Counted from the first letter of the stretch, positions 21,104 to 32,045 are shown. The stretch is 64,000 nucleotides of DNA from Longimicrobiales bacterium (GCA_965238005.1 OZ250165.1:704001-768000), one strand, 5' to 3'. The notes: generated by a model not told the origin, from the letters alone. Translations and numbers: made by a program.

Positions 21104-22781
21104 GAGGCCGTGTGAAAACTCACCATGATTGAACGGGGAGCGAGCACCTAGGGCGGTGAGCTTGACATTTTGCTGGGAGGGGCGGGAAAGTAGTCGGGTG
21201 GGGCGTTGCGGACCTGACAGGGCCGTCTGGAAGCGCCCCGAAGGGCGAAAAACGGCGCTGAGGACCCCCTCTACGCGAGGGCGTCCAGCAGCTGCGGGAC
21301 CTCGACGATGTTGAGGACCCGCTTCAGGTTGTAGGCAAGCACGGTCAGGCTGAACTCGCCGCGGACCTTCCGCATGCCTTTGAGCAGAAAGTACCCCTGG
21401 TCCATCCCGCGCTTCATCGTGCCAAACGGATGCTCCACTAGCGCTTTGCGCTGCGCGAAGCGCGCCTGCTCCCGCTGGAGCCGTTGCGCCATCTCCTCCA
21501 TCAGGTGCTCGTCCGCCCACCGTGTGATCTTCCGCCCGTCTTTGTTGCGCGTACAGCGGGGCCTGAGTGGACACCGCTTACAGGCGGTGGTCCGATAGTT
21601 CTTGATGGTGCGCCCGAGCTCGACGGTGGTGGTGCGGTAGGTGAGCGTCTTCCCCGCAGGACAGCGATAGAGGTCCCGAGTCCGGTCGTAGACGAAGTCA
21701 TCTTTGGTGAAGAGCCCGCGCTTGGCATTGGCCGAGGTGATCGGTCGGGGCACCAGCGGCGTGAGGCCCGCCTCCACACACGTCTTGATCTCGGCGCCGT
21801 GGTAGTAGCCCCGGTCGGCCACCACCACCGGCGTCACGTTCCCCAGTACCTCCTGGGCCGCCATGGCCATCGGACTGAGCTGATTCTGGTCGGCGGCGGC
21901 GTTGGTGACCGTCTCGGCCACAATCAACTTGTGCTTGGCGTCGACCGCGGTCTGGACGTTGTAGCAGATCTCGATGCGGCCCCCGCTCATCATCGGCCGA
22001 CTGTCGGCATCGGTGAGTGAGAGCGCGCTCTCCCCACTCGCCGCCAGCTCTTGCTGGAGATCCTCGTAGCGCTCCCGGCGCTGCTTAAGCGCCGCAATCT
22101 TCTCGCGCAGGGCGTCGGCGCTCGGCCGCTCGGTGCCCGCCTCCGCCTCGTCCTGGCGCTCCAAGTCTCGCAGATAGCGCGCGATCGTGCGCTCGATGTC
22201 CCGTTGTAGCTTGGCCAAGCGGGCCGCGGTGTAGCTCCGATCCCGGGCATTGACCGCCCGGAACTTGCTCCCATCGATGGCGAGCAACTCGCCGCCAAAG
22301 AGGTCCAGCCGCTTGCACAAGAGAATGAACTCGCGGCATACGCCCTTCAGCGCCTGCGGGTGATCCCGGCGGAAGTCAGCGATGGTCTTGAAGTCGGGTC
22401 GCAGTCCTCGCACCAACCACATCAGCTCGATGTTGCGATGCGTCTCCTGCTCCAGCCGCCGGCTGGAGCGAATGCGGTGCAGGTAGCCGTATAGGTACAA
22501 TCGCAGGAGATCACCGGGATCGTAGCCCGGGCGGCCCGTATCTGCAGGCACCGATCGCTGAAAACTGAGCGTGCCGAGATCGAGCTGCGCCACGAAGGCG
22601 TCGAGGAAGCGCACTGGGTTGTCAGCGGTGACGTAGTCGTCGAGGACCTCAGGGAGGAGCACCACTTGGGTGCGATCCCTGCCGGCGATATAGGCCATGG
22701 GCGAAGCTCCGAGCAAGGGGAGCACTGGCCAAAACACGGGACGTATAATATATGGCACGTCAGGAGTTTTCACACAGGCTC
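21104..22781 (-). mobile_element. IS1182-family element
   Basis: TIRs GAGGCCGTGTGAAAACTC / GAGTTTTCACACAGGCTC; 4-bp TSD AGCT at 21100-21103 and 22782-22785. Confidence 0.92.
21271..22698 (-). CDS. IS1182-family transposase
   Basis: GRPGYDP, SSRRLE, PDFKTIADFR, IDGSK, TDADSR, ADRGY, VEHPFGTMK. Confidence 0.93.
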   Translation of the reverse strand: MAYIAGRDRTQVVLLPEVLDDYVTADNPVRFLDAFVAQLDLGTLSFQRSVPADTGRPGYDPGDLLRLYLYGYLHRIRSSRRLEQETHRNIELMWLVRGLRPDFKTIADFRRDHPQALKGVCREFILLCKRLDLFGGELLAIDGSKFRAVNARDRSYTAARLAKLQRDIERTIARYLRDLERQDEAEAGTERPSADALREKIAALKQRRERYEDLQQELAASGESALSLTDADSRPMMSGGRIEICYNVQTAVDAKHKLIVAETVTNAAADQNQLSPMAMAAQEVLGNVTPVVVADRGYYHGAEIKTCVEAGLTPLVPRPITSANAKRGLFTKDDFVYDRTRDLYRCPAGKTLTYRTTTVELGRTIKNYRTTACKRCPLRPRCTRNKDGRKITRWADEHLMEEMAQRLQREQARFAQRKALVEHPFGTMKRGMDQGYFLLKGMRKVRGEFSLTVLAYNLKRVLNIVEVPQLLDALA

Positions 22782-24451
22782 AGCTGCCTTTGGGCCGAAA
22801 TGACATGGGTGTACCTGTTGATCCACCGCCCGGGATCTATGCGAGCGGCCAAGAAGCGAGCCCGGATAGGCGAGATCTGGAATTGGTCGGGGCGAGACTT
22901 ACCGGGAGACCACGACCTGTTGAACGACGCCGTGCTCGGAGCGGGCGTCGCCCACCCGGGTCCCGCCTACAGCGTACATGCATGGAAAGAATTCCGCTTC
23001 TTCGCGACCGCCATGCTCCGATGGTTCTCGCTGGAGATTGACGAGCGTGCATCCCTCCTTGACCGTCCATGGAGATTCGCGAAATGGCTGGACGACACCA
23101 AGTACGCTCAGAACCGCATGTTCCGCCACATCGTTCTATTCCTGCTTTTCCCGGACGAGTTCGAGCCCATCTCGACGAGCGGTCACAAGATGCAGATCGT
23201 AGACCGCCTACACCAAGGCGAGCGTGTTGACGCTTCCAACTTGGTCGCACTCGATCGGGCCATACTCGCAATCCGAAAACGCCTAGAAGACCTGTATCCG
23301 GGCGAGGAACTACACCCCTACGGCTCCCCATTCAAAGATCTCTGGCAAGGCCCAGTGACCCCCAAGCCCCAGAAGAGGGGCGAGACAGTCCATGCGGAGA
23401 TAACCAAACGCCACCAGCTCAACCAGATCCTCTACGGCCCCCCCGGCACCGGCAAGACCTATCGCGCGACCGCCTGTGCCATGGCCATCGTCAAGGGGAT
23501 CGAGGCGGACGAAGTCACTGAGGAACACCGCACCGAATTCCGCAATCTCCGCTTCGATCCCACAAACGAGACGGGCCAGATCGCTATGGTCACCTTCCAC
23601 CAGAACTTTTCCTACGAGGACTTCGTGGAAGGCATCCGGCCCAGGCTCGCCGAGGGCGGCGACATCGGCTACGAGCTCCGGCCCGGCATTTTCAGGAGGA
23701 TCGTGGATGTGGCACTGGCCGATCCTGACCGCCCCTACGTCCTCATCATCGACGAGATCAACCGGGGCAACATCCCCAAAGATCCTCGGCGAGCTCATCA
23801 CGCTGATCGAACCGTCCCGGCGCATCGGCCAAGAAGACGAGACGACTGTCACGTTGCCCTATTCCGGCGACAGCTTCGGAGTTCCGGGCAACCTGCACAT
23901 CATCGGTACCATGAACACTGCCGACCGCTCCATTCTTCCTCTCGACACCGCGCTACGGCGCAGGTTCGACCATGTGGAGATGTTGCCCGACCCGGATCAT
24001 CCGCTCATCGCGGATAGCGTCGCCGGAATCGACCTCAGCAAGATGCTCAAAGCCATCAACGCACGTATCTCGCTGCTCTTGGATCGTGAACGCCAGATCG
24101 GCCACATCTACCTCTTCAACGTAACCGACATCGAGTCGCTGGCCGCCAAGTTCCGGACGGCCATCCTCCCCCTCTTGGCGGAATACTTCTACGACGACTG
24201 GTCGAAGATCGGGCATGTGCTGGGCGGCGCGCCTTTCGTCATCGAGAAGCCGCACGGCGAGCACGTGTCTGGCCTAGAGGACAAGGGCTTGCTGGATCTG
24301 GACACCGCGATCCACGAGGTGCTTCCTGCGACGGCGGAGGAGTGGCGGGATCCAGTCCAGTACCGGCGCATATACGAAGAGGGCGCTTCGGTCGGTGGCG
24401 ACCAGCGGGAGGACGAGAGTCCCGACATTGGCGACGGTCAGTCTTGAACCG

Positions 24452-25732
24452 ATGTCAGGTGTCTTAACCATTCGGGAGTACGAACAGTTCCGCATCGGTC
24501 ACGGACTCGACAAGCGCGATCTGGAGGATCTGAAGGCCTTCGCCTACGACAACGCACGTGCGGTTCAGGAACACGGATACCGCCCGGTCCTTCATTTTGG
24601 CCGGAGCGGTAGGCTCCACGCGAGCAACTACGTTGGCACGATCACCACGAAGCGCGGCTCACTCGTCGAGATCCTGCCCAAGATCGACCTTGGCGGGGCC
24701 GAGTACGCAGACCACGATCAGACTCGCGAGGCATTCCTCACGATGCTGCGAACCTACCGCGGGCTGAGGAGGGCCGCGAACCTCCCTCCCGGGGCCATCC
24801 AGACGCTACGGCGCTTCCCCATGCTCGAGGTCTTTGTCCGACTCTTCCTAGAGAACGTCAGCGTACTGGTTCGAGGCGGCCTCGGCCGACGGTACGTGGC
24901 GACCCAGGAGAATCTGCCCTTTCTGCGCGGCCGCATCGCCTTCCGGGATCACCTGCGCGAGAACCAGACCGACCGTTCGCGCTTCTACGTCGAACACGAC
25001 GAGTTGAGCCCCAACCGCCCCGCCAACCGGCTCATCCGCACCACTCTCGACAGGCTCAGGCCCATCGTGCGCAACGAGCGCAACCGGCGGCTACTTGCGG
25101 ACCTTGAGCCGGTGTTCGGCGCGGTGCCGGCGACGCGAGACCCGCGCGCGGACTGGCGCAGCCACGGCATAGATCGCTCCATGCGGCACTACGGCCGGGT
25201 CATGCCGTGGGTCGAACTCTTCCTCTTCAACCGGGGGCTCGCGACCTGGTCCGGTCGGCATGTCAATCAGTCGCTGCTCTTCCCCATGGAGGAAGTGTAC
25301 GAGGACTTCGTGACCGACAGCTTTCGCCGCGACCAAGCCGAGTTCCAGGTGGTCGCCCGAGCGCCCCGGAAGCACATGGCCTCAATCGGCGGCAAGCACG
25401 TCTTCGCGACGAAGCCGGACATTTCACTCCGCAAGCCACCCAACACCATCCGGTTCATCCTCGACGCCAAGTGGAAGCACATCGGCAAGCGAGGATCCGA
25501 CCCGATCCACGACATTGCCAGCCCCGACCTGTATCAGCTCTACGCCTACGGCAAGCGGTACGAGTGCCGGGCCGTGGCTCTGGTCTACCCGCAGAGCGGA
25601 GACTTCACCAGTCCATTCACCGCTCGGTTCTTCGATGGCCTGAAGATCGTCTGCCTGCCATTCGACGTTGCCTCGCCCGAGAGCTCCCGGAGGAGTGTGC
25701 GGCTTGCTCTACGGACGCTGGCGACGAACTGA
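24452..25732 (+). CDS. mcrC: McrC-family nuclease subunit
   Basis: NYVG..EILPKI, FPMEEVYEDFV, KPDI..LDAKWK, DLYQLYAY; directly after mcrB. Confidence 0.9.
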   Translation: MSGVLTIREYEQFRIGHGLDKRDLEDLKAFAYDNARAVQEHGYRPVLHFGRSGRLHASNYVGTITTKRGSLVEILPKIDLGGAEYADHDQTREAFLTMLRTYRGLRRAANLPPGAIQTLRRFPMLEVFVRLFLENVSVLVRGGLGRRYVATQENLPFLRGRIAFRDHLRENQTDRSRFYVEHDELSPNRPANRLIRTTLDRLRPIVRNERNRRLLADLEPVFGAVPATRDPRADWRSHGIDRSMRHYGRVMPWVELFLFNRGLATWSGRHVNQSLLFPMEEVYEDFVTDSFRRDQAEFQVVARAPRKHMASIGGKHVFATKPDISLRKPPNTIRFILDAKWKHIGKRGSDPIHDIASPDLYQLYAYGKRYECRAVALVYPQSGDFTSPFTARFFDGLKIVCLPFDVASPESSRRSVRLALRTLATN

Positions 25733-25859
25733 TCCAAGCGAAGCATCCTCCACGGCCGGGGATTTGGCCAATGGCGAGGCACTGCAGGACATCGACCGAT
25801 TCGCGGGGCGCACGGTCGGAGTCCATCGGAACCGTCATCTGCGCGACTGGACTAACGGG

Positions 25860-27766
25860 GGGGCTCGGGATTGGCGGGACGCGGAATACGAAAAGGGCGA
25901 GACGCAGAGCTTCTACAACGATTTCTTCGAGGTGTTCGATGTCCGCCGCCGATCCGTGGCACGCTACGAGGAGCATGTCGCCAAGCTCGACAACCGGTCT
26001 GGCTTCATCGACCTGTTCTGGCCGGGCGTCCTGATCGTCGAGCAGAAGAGCGCCGGGCGCGATTTGGCAAAGGCGTACGGACAGGCCGGGGAGTATTTCG
26101 ACGCGCTCCCTGAGCGCGACCGCCCGCGCTACATCCTGGTGAGCGACTTCCAGACCTTCGAGCTTCACGATCTGGACGACCGGGAGACCGTCTCTTTCTC
26201 CCTTGCGGAGTTGCCCGGCCACGTCGAGGCGTTCGGCTTCATACTCGGCGTGCAGCGCCGCACGTTTCGCGATCAGGACCCCGTCAACATCCAAGCGGCC
26301 GAGCTTGTCGGCCAGCTTCATGATGCCCTCGACGCCGCAGGCTACCGAGGCCACGATCTGGAGCGCTTTCTGGTGCGGATCGTGTTCTGCCTGTTCGCCG
26401 ACGACACCGGCATCTTCGAGCCGCGCGACATCTTCTTCGATTTTCTCGATGGCCGCACCGCCAAGGACGGATCGGACACCGGATCGTGGCTGGAACACCT
26501 GTTCCAGGTCCTCGACACACGAGAGGAAGGGCGCTATGCGACGCTCGACGAGGATTTGGCGCGCTTTCCTTACGTCAATGGCCGGTTGTTCGAGGAGCCG
26601 CTACGCATCCCGGCCTTCAACGCGGCGATGCGGAAGGCGTTGCTGGAGGTCTGCCGGTTCGACTGGTCCAACATCTCGCCCGCCATCTTCGGCGCGCTGT
26701 TCCAGTCGGTCATGGATCCGGCGGAGCGACGCAAGCAGGGCGCGCACTACACGACCGAGAAGAACATCCTGAAGGTGATCGAGCCGCTATTCCTAGACGA
26801 CCTTCGCGCCGAGTTCGAGCGCCTGAGAAGCCGCAAGTACAGCCGCCGCCGCGCCGATCTGCGCCGGTTTCAGGAGAAGCTCGGCCGGATGGCCCTCTTC
26901 GATCCCGCGTGCGGGTGCGGGAACTTCCTCATCATCGCATATCGCGAGTTGCGGGAAATGGAGATCGAGGTTCTGAAGGAGCTTCACCGGAAGGGCGACC
27001 GGCGGCGGAACCGGCGGCGGAGCCGTACATGCGGCCCTACATCGGCGCCCGCGAGTACCTGCAAGGCGGCGGCAGGTGGATCCTCGCTCTGCACGATGCC
27101 CCGCCCAATGTCTTGGCGGGGATGCCAGCCGTACGGGATCGGATCGCAGCGGTGCGTTCCTACCGCGAGGCCAGCCGGAGCGCGCCGACGCGGAAGCTGG
27201 CCGAGACTCCGACGCTGTATCATGTCAACGTCATCCCCACCGCCCCCTTCCTCGTCGTCCCCGAGGTCAGTTCGGAAAGGCGCGAGTACGTACCTATCGG
27301 CTGGCTGGAGCCTCCGGTGATTCCGAGCAATCTCGTTCGCATTCTGCAGAACGCCACGCTGACAGACTTCGCGCTCCTGACCTCGGCCATGCACATGGCG
27401 TGGCTACGCCACATCGGAGGACGGCTCAAGAGCGACTACCGCTACTCCATCGGCTTGGTCTACAACACCTTCCCGACCCCGCCCACTGACGCCAACACGC
27501 CCAGGCTCAAATCTCTGGCGCAGGCCGTCCTCGACGGCCGCGCAGCCTGTCCCGACGCCACCCTGGCGGACCTCTACGACCCGGATCTGATGCCGCCGGT
27601 CCTCCGTCGCGCCCACCAGGCGCTCGACCGCAGCGTGGACCGGCTCTATCGCCGGAAGGGCTTCGCCTCGGAACGCGAACGCGCGGAACATCTGTTCATG
27701 CTCTATGAGAAGATGCAAACGCCGCTCACAGCAGGAATGAAGGGCAGGCGACGCCGAAGGCGGTGA
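25860..27766 (+). pseudogene. MmeI-like (type IIL) restriction-methylase, 5' truncated and internally deleted
   Basis: FIDLFWPG..EQKS, GAHYT, FDPACGCGNFL; NPPF region missing; jumps at ~27000 to the TRD (VSSERREYVPIG, RLKSDYRYS..YNTFP). Confidence 0.88.
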
Positions 27767-27810
27767 CCCGCTACCGACCGCCCAGCAGACCACGGCGGAT
27801 CGGTCTCCAA

Positions 27811-28641
27811 CTATGTGTGGGGATCCTCGATCGGAGGGAGAATCCGAAAGATGTAGTCCGTCAAGATCAGCATGTTCATGCTGTGCTTGTGAGTCGAATA
27901 GGCCACCAGTCCATGCACGGCAGCGTGACGGTTCGGGGTTGGATCCCGCTCGAACCTTCCCCGTTCGTCCTCGCTTACCTGCTCGTACGCGTGCAATACA
28001 AGGCGATCGAACAGGACCCAATCGTATCGTTCTCTGGACCTAAGGTCCGCCGGATCTCGCGATCCGATTAGCTTTTCGAGCATCTTCTTGGAACCGCCGC
28101 GTCCGGCACCGATCATGCGCTCGATTTCGGGAAACAACACGCGGCAGGTGCACCGGTATAACCCAGCCTCGTGGGCCAAGAGGGCCTCACGGAACGTTGC
28201 CCTCGCTTCATCGTCGATGTGATAGTCCGCGAGACGTGAGTTCATGTCGTCACGAATCTCAATCCACCTGGAGCGGTAGTCGTCGGCCAAACGGCTGTCC
28301 AGGAGAAAAAGATCGTCTCCGCACTCTTCTACAAGGCGGTAGCGTGCAGAATGATGCGGAAGCCATCCAGCCTCAAGCGATGCGTCCGTGGTTCGTGTCC
28401 ACTCGCCGAACTCCTCCAGAAAGGGCTGAATCCGCTCCGTGGCCTCAGCCGCCGCTTCAGCGGTTCGGTTCCATTCCTCCAGAAAAGGGGCTACGGCGGC
28501 GGACCATTCATTCAGTGTCTCCAAGGCAGGACCGAGCGAACGCTTCATTTGCCGGATTGCTTCCGAAATCTGCGGGGCGGCCGGTGACAGAGCTTGCCAA
28601 GCGGCCTGGATTGCGGCGATGTCGTCCTTGGAAACGGTCAT
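27811..28641 (-). CDS. Hypothetical protein with HEPN-like RxxxxH motif
   Basis: Helical protein; C-terminal PNRHAAVHG; located in defence cargo. Confidence 0.6.
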   Translation of the reverse strand: MTVSKDDIAAIQAAWQALSPAAPQISEAIRQMKRSLGPALETLNEWSAAVAPFLEEWNRTAEAAAEATERIQPFLEEFGEWTRTTDASLEAGWLPHHSARYRLVEECGDDLFLLDSRLADDYRSRWIEIRDDMNSRLADYHIDDEARATFREALLAHEAGLYRCTCRVLFPEIERMIGAGRGGSKKMLEKLIGSRDPADLRSRERYDWVLFDRLVLHAYEQVSEDERGRFERDPTPNRHAAVHGLVAYSTHKHSMNMLILTDYIFRILPPIEDPHT

Positions 28642-29133
28642 GGTGAGTTTTCCACCAATTGCTGGGGGGTAAGGGAAATGGCGCTGCGAGGGTCAATCGA
28701 GTCCCCGCCGATGTCCTGTAAGGTAGCCATAGGTTCCACCACCGCGACCGAGGCCGGCTAGCGTAGTCCCCTGCCGACTGCTCCGGCATGTAGAGGGGAA
28801 CACGCTTGATCGACCGCCTCGACCGGTGTCGTGACCGGGCGTATTGCCCGCCAGCCGCCGCCCACTTCACGAACCGGGACTGAGGCCCTCCTCGGGAGGC
28901 GATGGAGGTGCCATCGGCGGAAGCCGATCGGCATCCGGGACTACGCTGGAACCCTCGGGACATCTAGTCGCGTGCTCCATTTGACAGCGCACAGATCTGG
29001 CTACTGGATTGAACTGGCCGGGAGATGATTGGAGTTCCGACTCGGGTGTCGCAACGTTTTGGGGCACGCCATTGAGAACGTGAGGAGCCGTCATGCGACA
29101 CCGAAACGCCGTTGGGGACTGGGAGCTGCCGCG

Positions 29134-30078
29134 ATGATTGCCCATCTCTGCGGACGCGAACGGGCGCTGGAGGCTTTCGGCTGGAAGGGACGCCGGGCGG
29201 AATGGATCGCCCTGGCCTGCCTCCACGGCAGCGGCGTCTTCACCCGGTTGCAATGGAGGAGCTTCATGCGCTGCCACCCCGAGAAGGTGCGCCGCGCCGT
29301 CCGCAAGCTCGTCGCGCAGGGCGTGGCCGTCGAGGAGCACCCGCCCGGGATCGACGGTATCGGCCGGGTGTGCCGGATCCACGGACGCAAGATCTACCGG
29401 GCGCTCGGTGCCGGGGATCACCCCCGACGGCGGATCACCTCCCGCGAAGTACTCATACGGCGCCTGCTCGCGCTCGACTACGTGCTCGAACATCCCCACC
29501 TGCCGTGGCTGCCGACCGAGCCCGAGAAGGTCGCCGCCTTCGAGGCGCTCGGGATCGAGCGCCGGTTCCTTCCCCAACGGGTCTATCAGGGCGCGCTCGG
29601 CAACCTTCGGCGCTTCTTCCCGCTCGGGCTGCCCGTCGCGCTGGACGCCGAGCGCGCCGTCTTCGTCTACGCCGAGCCGGGCCACGGGACCACGACGGCG
29701 CTCCATTCCTGGGGCGCGGCGCACCGCGAACTCTGGAAGGCGCTTTGGGATCGCGGCCGCAAGATCGAAGTGGTGGCGGTCGTCCGGACATGGAAGGAGT
29801 CGAGCCGGGCGGGGACGGTGCTCGCCAACTGGGCGCGGGATCCCCGCCCCTCCGAAATGGACGAGGAGACGAGCCGTGACCTCGCCCGGATCGAGCAGGC
29901 CATCCTGAAGGGCGATGTCCGGGTCCTCGACGAGTACGGCGGCTTGCAGGCCGCCATGAGGCGCAGCGTCGCCCTTGAGAAGCGGGCGCGGAGGCGGGCG
30001 GGGCGAGGGTTGATGGATCGAGCCGTCACATGGAGGACGGATCGGCCCGCGGGGGCGCGATTCAGTTGGGAAACCTAA
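29134..30078 (+). CDS. MIAHL-family protein (intact paralogue of the split ICE gene)
   Basis: MIAHLCGRERALEAFGWKGRRAEWIALACLH..RRLLALDYVLEHP..WLPTEPEKV..FPLGLPVALD; colinear with 53887-53408 plus 37902-37462. Confidence 0.85.
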   Translation: MIAHLCGRERALEAFGWKGRRAEWIALACLHGSGVFTRLQWRSFMRCHPEKVRRAVRKLVAQGVAVEEHPPGIDGIGRVCRIHGRKIYRALGAGDHPRRRITSREVLIRRLLALDYVLEHPHLPWLPTEPEKVAAFEALGIERRFLPQRVYQGALGNLRRFFPLGLPVALDAERAVFVYAEPGHGTTTALHSWGAAHRELWKALWDRGRKIEVVAVVRTWKESSRAGTVLANWARDPRPSEMDEETSRDLARIEQAILKGDVRVLDEYGGLQAAMRRSVALEKRARRRAGRGLMDRAVTWRTDRPAGARFSWET

Positions 30079-30243
30079 GGCTCTTATGCCGTACTGGAGG
30101 TGTGCATGCGACACGGGGGGTCGATGCACATTTTGGCGCTCCGGTGATTCACACCCGCTGGCCTGCTTATCCACTGGCGCGGCAAGGCCTTGTGGCCTCG
30201 CCGCACGGTCGGCCGTGGCACAGTAGCCACTTGGGCTGTGGAG

Positions 30244-30333
30244 GGGAGCGACCCCCCAGGCCGAGGGCCTGCTACGGGCGCGGGGCCAGGTGTGTTTTCA
30301 CACGCTGGCCCCCGCCCTCCGGGGGTCGCTCCC
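30244..30333 (+). repeat. Structured non-coding module type 2, copy A
   Basis: GGGAGCGACCCC...GGGGTCGCTCCC 12-bp inverted repeat enclosing CCGAGGGCCTGCTACGGG. Confidence 0.85.
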
Positions 30334-30520
30334 AGTCCATGGATCCCTTGGCGGGAAGGCCGTCCAGCGCCGCTGTGAGCGGCGTATCAACGGACCGATC
30401 CGGCTTCCGGGTCTCGGCTCTCGTCGGCCAGGTACGCGGCTCAGTCGAAGGGCAGGCTGTTCATGGTGCCGAGGCATGGGGCCTGATCGCGCTCCACGCC
30501 GTTCGACGAACGCGAGGTAG

Positions 30521-31576
30521 CTAAGGCCCTTCGGGCTCGTCGGACACCGGGTCATCGTGCTTGCGCCAAGCATCCTCCACGTCCCGTACAAAGTCAATTA
30601 GACGCGCTCTGCCGTTGTGCCACGATCCCTCGTCAAGGCGGCAATACCACTGATTCGGAGCGCGACGCGTCGCAGGTGCGTTCGGCGGCTTCTCAGCTTC
30701 GAACGGAATTGCATCCTTCAGCTTCTCGAAACGCTCATGACAAAGGTCGACAGCCGCAGGATAGAAAGTGATCCGTATCTTCCCGGGTTCGTCGATTGTA
30801 ACGGAATGCGACCCGCGGACACGCACGTCGTCGGGCAGGGTGATCGTCCGGTGCAGGTGGGTAATGCCGGATTTCGTATAGTATGTCCGGACACTGTAGT
30901 CCAACGACACTTTCGCATCCTGCCACACCTTCGCCACTCCGTGCTCGCCGGCCTTCCGATTCAAGTCGCGAGCGCCTGGGCGGTTGGCGGATGACGTATG
31001 GGGATCGTCCGAAGTCCGTACCTGCCTGGCCAACAGCATGCCATCGCCGTGAACGTAGCCATGGAAAGTCAAGAGCCTGATGTCGATGCCCCTATCCGCC
31101 AGATAAGCGACCATTCGGTGGGCGCTTATATCGATCCCGAGGCCGACCAGTACCATCCTGACGGGCTTGATGGAATTTCCCCGCTGGCTTCCGTACCATT
31201 CCTCAAAGTCTGCAATCTCTTTGATCCCATCCTTGCCGGATCGCTCGGCCAAGATGGTTGCGAGTTCCGAATCCGACAGGGCCTCCAAGTAGGTGCAGTA
31301 GTCCAGTATCTGTGCCACGGCATCCCTCGTGAGCTTCTCGCGCTTGAGCTCGAAGACTACCAGCCGACCGTCCTCATCAATGCCCAGTAGGTCAACGTAT
31401 CCGGTCTCGACCGGAACCTGTCTGCCAACCAGCGTGAGTCCGCGCATCAGCATGTCGGGGTTCGCCACCAGAACGGCTTCCAGCATCTCTTCCGTCTCAA
31501 CCCGCTCGGTGAGGCCGAGCTTGGTTCCGGCCCGGGATGCCCGGTCGATTTCCCAGATCCCGATGCCAGTCTTCAT
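30521..31576 (-). CDS. NucS/DUF91-like PD-(D/E)xK endonuclease with an unknown C-terminal domain
   Basis: TEEMLE, GRQVPVETGYVDLLGIDEDGRLVVFELKR..AVAQILDY. Confidence 0.8.
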   Translation of the reverse strand: MKTGIGIWEIDRASRAGTKLGLTERVETEEMLEAVLVANPDMLMRGLTLVGRQVPVETGYVDLLGIDEDGRLVVFELKREKLTRDAVAQILDYCTYLEALSDSELATILAERSGKDGIKEIADFEEWYGSQRGNSIKPVRMVLVGLGIDISAHRMVAYLADRGIDIRLLTFHGYVHGDGMLLARQVRTSDDPHTSSANRPGARDLNRKAGEHGVAKVWQDAKVSLDYSVRTYYTKSGITHLHRTITLPDDVRVRGSHSVTIDEPGKIRITFYPAAVDLCHERFEKLKDAIPFEAEKPPNAPATRRAPNQWYCRLDEGSWHNGRARLIDFVRDVEDAWRKHDDPVSDEPEGP

Positions 31577-31784
31577 ACGATCCTCTCGAACATGTCCCAC
31601 AGCCCACCACTCCCGCGGCGCTGAATCCTCGCATGGAGACCGGGATCTCATCAAGGCCTTCCGTGACCTGACCCCCCGAAACGAGACCAGGTGCAATGTT
31701 ACGTGATTATATACTTGACGTAGAAAACGCATAGATATTCATGCCGTTATGGCGTACAAGACCATGCACCCGAGATGAGTAGTT

Positions 31785-32045
31785 ATGCATGGGGCTTGTG
31801 GGCATGGAATCGCGGGCGCTAGCGTGGGAACATGGGAAGGCCGAAAGTGCATCGTCATTGCGCTATGCGAGATTGCAATTGCTGTCATCGGATATGGGGT
31901 CAGCATGATGTTCCCGGACGCCCCCCCCTTGGATATGGTTCGCGATCGGCAGCGTTGCGTTGCTAACAGCAATCGTTGTATGGAATTGGCCTTCCCTTAC
32001 GGTACGCCCCCGGACCCGTGGTCCTGCCCCAATCAAGATGGCTGA
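31785..32045 (+). CDS. Small hypothetical membrane protein
   Basis: ORF with one hydrophobic segment; start uncertain. Confidence 0.3.
   Translation: MHGACGHGIAGASVGTWEGRKCIVIALCEIAIAVIGYGVSMMFPDAPPLDMVRDRQRCVANSNRCMELAFPYGTPPDPWSCPNQDG

Larger units (their letters stand above)
20875..24447 (+). pseudogene. mcrB: McrB-like AAA+ GTPase, interrupted by IS1182 and a +1 frameshift
   Basis: GPPGTGKT, FHQNFSYEDFVEG, IIDEINRGN, MNTADRS; removing 21104-22785 restores the frame (..NAS|CLWAEM..); extra A at ~23780. Confidence 0.9.

Noticed and set aside
23770..23790. Programmed frameshift in mcrB
   Set aside because: A single extra A inside the conserved NIPKILGE motif; mutation or sequencing error is more likely.
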